Shown in pieces: positions 62,201 through 64,000 of a stretch of 64,000 nt of DNA. The first letter of the stretch is position 1. Each line of letters starts with the position of its first letter. Source of the stretch: Lytechinus pictus (taxonomy: Eukaryota); assembly GCF_037042905.1 (NCBI RefSeq), contig NC_087251.1:37698001-37762000 (forward strand), read 5' to 3'. Both the position numbers and the translations under genes were made by a program. The notes under the pieces were generated by a model, which did not search any database, was not told the DNA's origin, and saw only the letters and a program-made list of their open reading frames with translations.

Positions 62201-63665
62201 ATGTGATACCTTTCTTGCAGGTCTACCGGTATGTTTTCCGGAATCCACAGAATTTACAGATATAGTTTTGTTTTACCTTTTTAAGGAGTGAATTGATTTT
62301 GTTGTTTAGAAAGTAATTGTCCCCTAAGCCAATTGGTTGGAGGTCGACTTATTCCTATTGAAAGATATAGAAAAGTGGTTGCGCCAATATGTTATTGTAT
62401 TTGATGTGTCTTGTGAAATGTCGCCCTCTGCGAGGGATGATGTCTTATCGGCCCTTACGATGGCCGCGCACGATAAATGAGGTTTGCCCTAATGTTGGTG
62501 TAATAAAATTGTTATTACTGTAACTGGTTTCCCATCTCCTTTATTACTTAATGTCGGATGTTATATAGAAATGAACCCTTTTGAAAAGCGGCCTTGCTTC
62601 CCATGTATCAAAATTTAAGGCCTCCATTCAGTTTTATAAAGACTTGTTGTAAAAACAAATGCATAATTTCTATTATAAATTTGCCATTAGCCAATCAGAA
62701 TGGAGGATTTCAGTAACTTTTTACTGTAATTTCAAATTTGTTATGATTACATGTGTGATGAAACAGACCCAGGACTTGTCATGTAATAACATAGTAACAC
62801 TCTATTCATTCTCTTTTCATTAGAGCTAAACCATTCAGAAACATTAGGAGACTAACTCTACTGAAGTCAAGACATGTGTACAAGAAGCACAGGGTACAGT
62901 ACGAGATGAGAACGTACTACAGAGTGATTAAAGTAAGTACACTAATTTACCACTTGAAGTGATGATGATGGAGATATTTTTTGGGGGGGTGTAAAATAAT
63001 GATTTCTGGCCTTTTTATTATAAACAATTTACAGTTTTTAACATATTATGATAATTGAGATGGTGAAAGTAATGACAGTGATGAATGGTTTGATGGTGGT
63101 GATGATGATTATGATTACAATTATAATGATGGTGGTGAAGACGATGATGATAATGGAAATGATGGTGGTGGTGATGAGGGAGAGGAGGAGGAGAAAGAGG
63201 ATAGTGATAATGGTGATTGTGATGGTGGTGATAGTAAAAATGATATGAAGAGAAAAGAAATTATGATGGTGGTGAGGATGATAATGGGGATGAAAATTAT
63301 TATAATGATGGTGATAAAGATGATGTTGGTGTTGGTGATGATGATGATGGTGATGATGTTGGCGTTGGTGATGATGATGATGGCGATGATGATGATGGTG
63401 GTAAAGATGATGGTCAATAATGATGAAAATGGTGATGAGGATGTTTGTGACAGTGGTGATAGTTGAGATCATAATGAGGAAATAAATGTAATTTAAAAAA
63501 AAAGTTTTAATTTGATTGGTGATTCCTATTATATGTTTCTTTTTGCATTTTCTTTATATTTTTATTTTCTCTCAGCTGAAGCATTTAACAGGTTCCACAG
63601 CTAGTGTGTTCTTAGAGTATATTCAAAGAAATTTACCTGAAGGTGTTGCAATGCAAGTTCAGAAG
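44222..63665 (+). CDS. MRPS10: Mitochondrial ribosomal protein S10 (uS10m); 3'-partial, 7 coding exons in window
   Basis: Exons 44222-44287 ([22 protein letters not shown], presequence-like), 51847-51914, 52217-52275, 53146-53240, 53907-54043, 62824-62932, 63576-63665; phase-consistent, 208 codons. The core [73 protein letters not shown] matches MRPS10. The first four exons rest on splice signals and frame only, so they are less certain. The last exon lies beyond the window. Confidence 0.92.
45570..46620. repeat. AT-rich (AAT/ATT)n low-complexity array with internal ~200-bp duplications
   Basis: Degenerate AAT repeats, a recurring GAGACAATAA motif, and duplicated blocks (e.g. ATTAAAGGCCTTATAATTATTGAGACAATAATAA occurs twice). 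Confidence 0.85.
46780..46960. repeat. Short inverted-repeat element with TTAGG repeats and G-runs
   Basis: AGGGCAATTACCCC ... GGGGTAGTTGCCCT ends, (TTAGG)3, and repeated G-tract + AATTGTCC units. Confidence 0.6.
47330..49907. mobile_element. DNA transposon remnant with CACT...AGTG ends and 8-bp TSD, inserted into a short MITE
   Basis: TSD CGTAACAC at 47322-47329 and 49908-49915. Removing the insert restores GGGCTCCGTAACACAAAG...CTTTGTGTTACGGAGCCC. Confidence 0.75.
47362..49428. mobile_element. Tc1/mariner-type non-autonomous element (2.07 kb) nested in the previous element
   Basis: TA|CACAACAAAAAAAGTAAGTCCCCCC ... GGGGGGACTTACTTTTTTTGTTGTG|TA perfect TIRs; no long ORF. Confidence 0.85.
50464..50721 (+). 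mobile_element. Fragment of a non-LTR retrotransposon C-terminal zinc knuckle
   Basis: The ORF fragment [19 protein letters not shown] has the CX2C..HX4C spacing typical of LINE ORF2 C-termini; no adjoining RT was seen. Confidence 0.5.
54211..55907 (+). mobile_element. Helentron-associated (HINE/DINE-1/Tsp-pearl-like) element with ~11 x 139-bp core repeats
   Basis: subTIR ATGCCCCCGC (54213) / GCGGGGGCAT (55867), (TCCG)n microsatellite, 139-bp tandem cores, 3' hairpin GTGTCC-TTT-GGACAC and a CTAG end, in a T-run. Confidence 0.85.
55911..56499 (+). mobile_element. Helentron-associated element, ~3 x 163-bp cores (same family as 34696-35880)
   Basis: Same 5' end (CTATAGGCGCCGCTTTTCCGA, (GGC)n) and 3' end (GCCAGAGGCATTCCAC) as the 34.7-35.9 kb copy; abuts the previous element in the same T-run. 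Confidence 0.8.
56827..57162 (+). mobile_element. tRNA-derived SINE with (ATT)n tail
   Basis: A-box GTGGTGTAGTGG, B-box GTTCGAATCCC, core GACCCAGGTGCTAAATTGGTACC, and a 3' TATTATTATT tail. Confidence 0.8.
57229..57612. mobile_element. Tc1-like MITE
   Basis: TA|CAGTGCGTCCCAGAAAAAAGGAAACC ... GGTTTTCTTTTTTGGGGGGACGCAATG|TA. Confidence 0.75.
57788..57962 (+). repeat. 5' LTR (175 bp)
   Basis: Base-for-base identical to 62382-62556; contains AATAAA at 57908-57913. Confidence 0.92.
58114..60489 (+). CDS. Retrotransposon gag/protease-like ORF (791 aa) with acidic repeat, Cys/His knuckle and degenerate aspartic-protease-like domain
   Basis: An uninterrupted ORF between the LTRs. It contains [23 protein letters not shown] (gag knuckle-like) and [13 protein letters not shown]...PLTIVGET...[17 protein letters not shown] (retropepsin-like, with V at the catalytic D position). 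Confidence 0.7.
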   Translation: MAVPSPRSRPRPQARERGRPSQVGSCTFLSDFSNFSSHAISESSNYTISKSRNYTVNQEIRHSTRTISRFNCVEDVPVGDRSGYNGHDCDNENKPDGDCEVENELEDDYGDENEPESEVDYEVENESEDDYEYENDPEDDYVDENEPEDYDSFHCGQVRYKLDDSRRKSCFDLHCQSYPQNQIRVLHVHLTSHKLNDRALSDDHESREDDIGSRSSKEMCDRSAYYDMNDDHKCDVQCVVPCHRYTSSPEHIQATDSYSMTPTSIQTSPRPALVHHRPNVNQVVCPLCLNASRHCYRHHIGDCPFLPDHERRMITRARKAASILGYTNFQTCSDTCDELIVDHDPGYDRVPGCIPSEDVDCSSYAVDPSSVDPNLHLGCFDDSKSESAFQGDPHWCNGLSSESDEVQVPHIMPHRSVASSVVVPNQAPVTPFVELFHGDQCVRVSIVSGSTENLILHSTVQDLGAVITATSRSVQPTDNSSPLTIVGETCLTFTRDNRQFLFKGLVVESLDVAVQAGIPFMELHDVFLRPAKLVVSFGDGPSYPYGPSAISLSDALAAGLPDSTSDGVDQSYLVSTPDSCNCERAHPAVADQSSTSEVVRDIEPVVDSDRHPIAVEPTSELITPQQPSALDHDSLYHINCAVHDSSDVSVSQPDRSRSLDPTLYDDSWCHLNTLPLSTPVVKGSCALIHNITVAEHHHMAPHPCILRINDPPGRPPDSPGDIPGDASGPTSDPWCCKMLDPQFRWPDTVVPFTFALMMTLQSRPCHPVGEHIGLPPGRPPDIDFKSRRTPY
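62382..62556 (+). repeat. 3' LTR (175 bp)
   Basis: Base-for-base identical to 57788-57962. Confidence 0.92.
63045..63480. repeat. Degenerate (GAT/GGT)n trinucleotide microsatellite in MRPS10 intron 6
   Basis: A long imperfect GATGATGGT array, which explains the four overlapping low-complexity ORFs. Confidence 0.9.
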
Positions 63666-64000
63666 GTAAAGTGTTAAAGTTTGTATTCTTTGATTATATT
63701 TTGCCGGTCACAAAAGGTGGCATGTATTGTATCATACAAGAGTTTTATAAAACAAAAATTAACGTCCAGAATTCTATAAGGGAATACAATTAACTATTAA
63801 GAGGGAATTTTTTCTTCTATTTTTTATATTTCTATACCAGTGTGAAATTTCAGTCTATGTATCAAAATAACACTTATGACAGATGTTAATCAATATTTAG
63901 AAAGGTATTGGTTAATTATGTGTTTGTGTGAGTTATTGATGAATCTTTCATAAAAAGGGAACTTCATATTCAGTAAATACAGTGTATATCAATATCATCA

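Larger units (their letters stand above)
57788..62556 (+). mobile_element. Non-autonomous Gypsy-like LTR retrotransposon (Troyka-like: 3-bp TSD, CG...CG termini) in MRPS10 intron 5
   Basis: Identical 175-bp direct repeats at 57788-57962 and 62382-62556. A PBS (TGGTGACAGCTGGGATTTGAACC, 57963-57985) directly follows the 5' LTR. A purine-rich tract at about 62361-62381 precedes the 3' LTR. GAT flanks both ends (57785-57787 and 62557-62559). One internal ORF is present; no RT, RNaseH or integrase was seen. Confidence 0.9.

Noticed and set aside
57788..62556. DIRS/Ngaro tyrosine-recombinase element or simple segmental duplication
   Set aside because: Plain direct LTRs with a tRNA PBS, purine tract and TSD fit an integrase-type LTR element; no split repeats or recombinase ORF were seen.
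63038..63472. His-, Ile- or Met-rich ORFs
   Set aside because: Translations of a GAT/GGT microsatellite inside an intron.
53907..63665. MRPL48 as the identity of the S10-domain gene
   Set aside because: [23 protein letters not shown] and [14 protein letters not shown] are MRPS10 motifs.

Overview
Eukaryotic, intron-rich and AT-rich genomic DNA, most likely from an invertebrate deuterostome (an echinoid-like sea urchin; this is inferred from gene structure and repeat types). I reconstructed three spliced genes by hand from GT-AG sites with consistent reading phases. (1) The 3' part (12 exons) of a TRERF1/ZNF541/MIDEAS-family C2H2-zinc-finger/ELM2/SANT corepressor gene on +. (2) A complete 9-exon DNAL1 (axonemal outer-arm dynein light chain 1) on -. 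(3) Seven exons of MRPS10 on +, head-to-head with DNAL1, with the ATGs 320 bp apart. Introns and intergenic DNA hold many non-autonomous transposons: TA- and TTAA-type MITEs, tRNA-derived SINEs, Helentron-associated tandem-repeat elements and nested insertions. Two observations stand out. First, the three-gene order matches both the human MIDEAS-DNAL1 and TRERF1-MRPS10 neighbourhoods (from recall), suggesting a pre-whole-genome-duplication block. Second, MRPS10 intron 5 holds a young 4.8-kb LTR element with identical 175-bp LTRs, non-canonical CG...CG ends, a 3-bp target duplication and one long gag/dead-protease-like ORF. Most short ORFs in the provided track are not genes.
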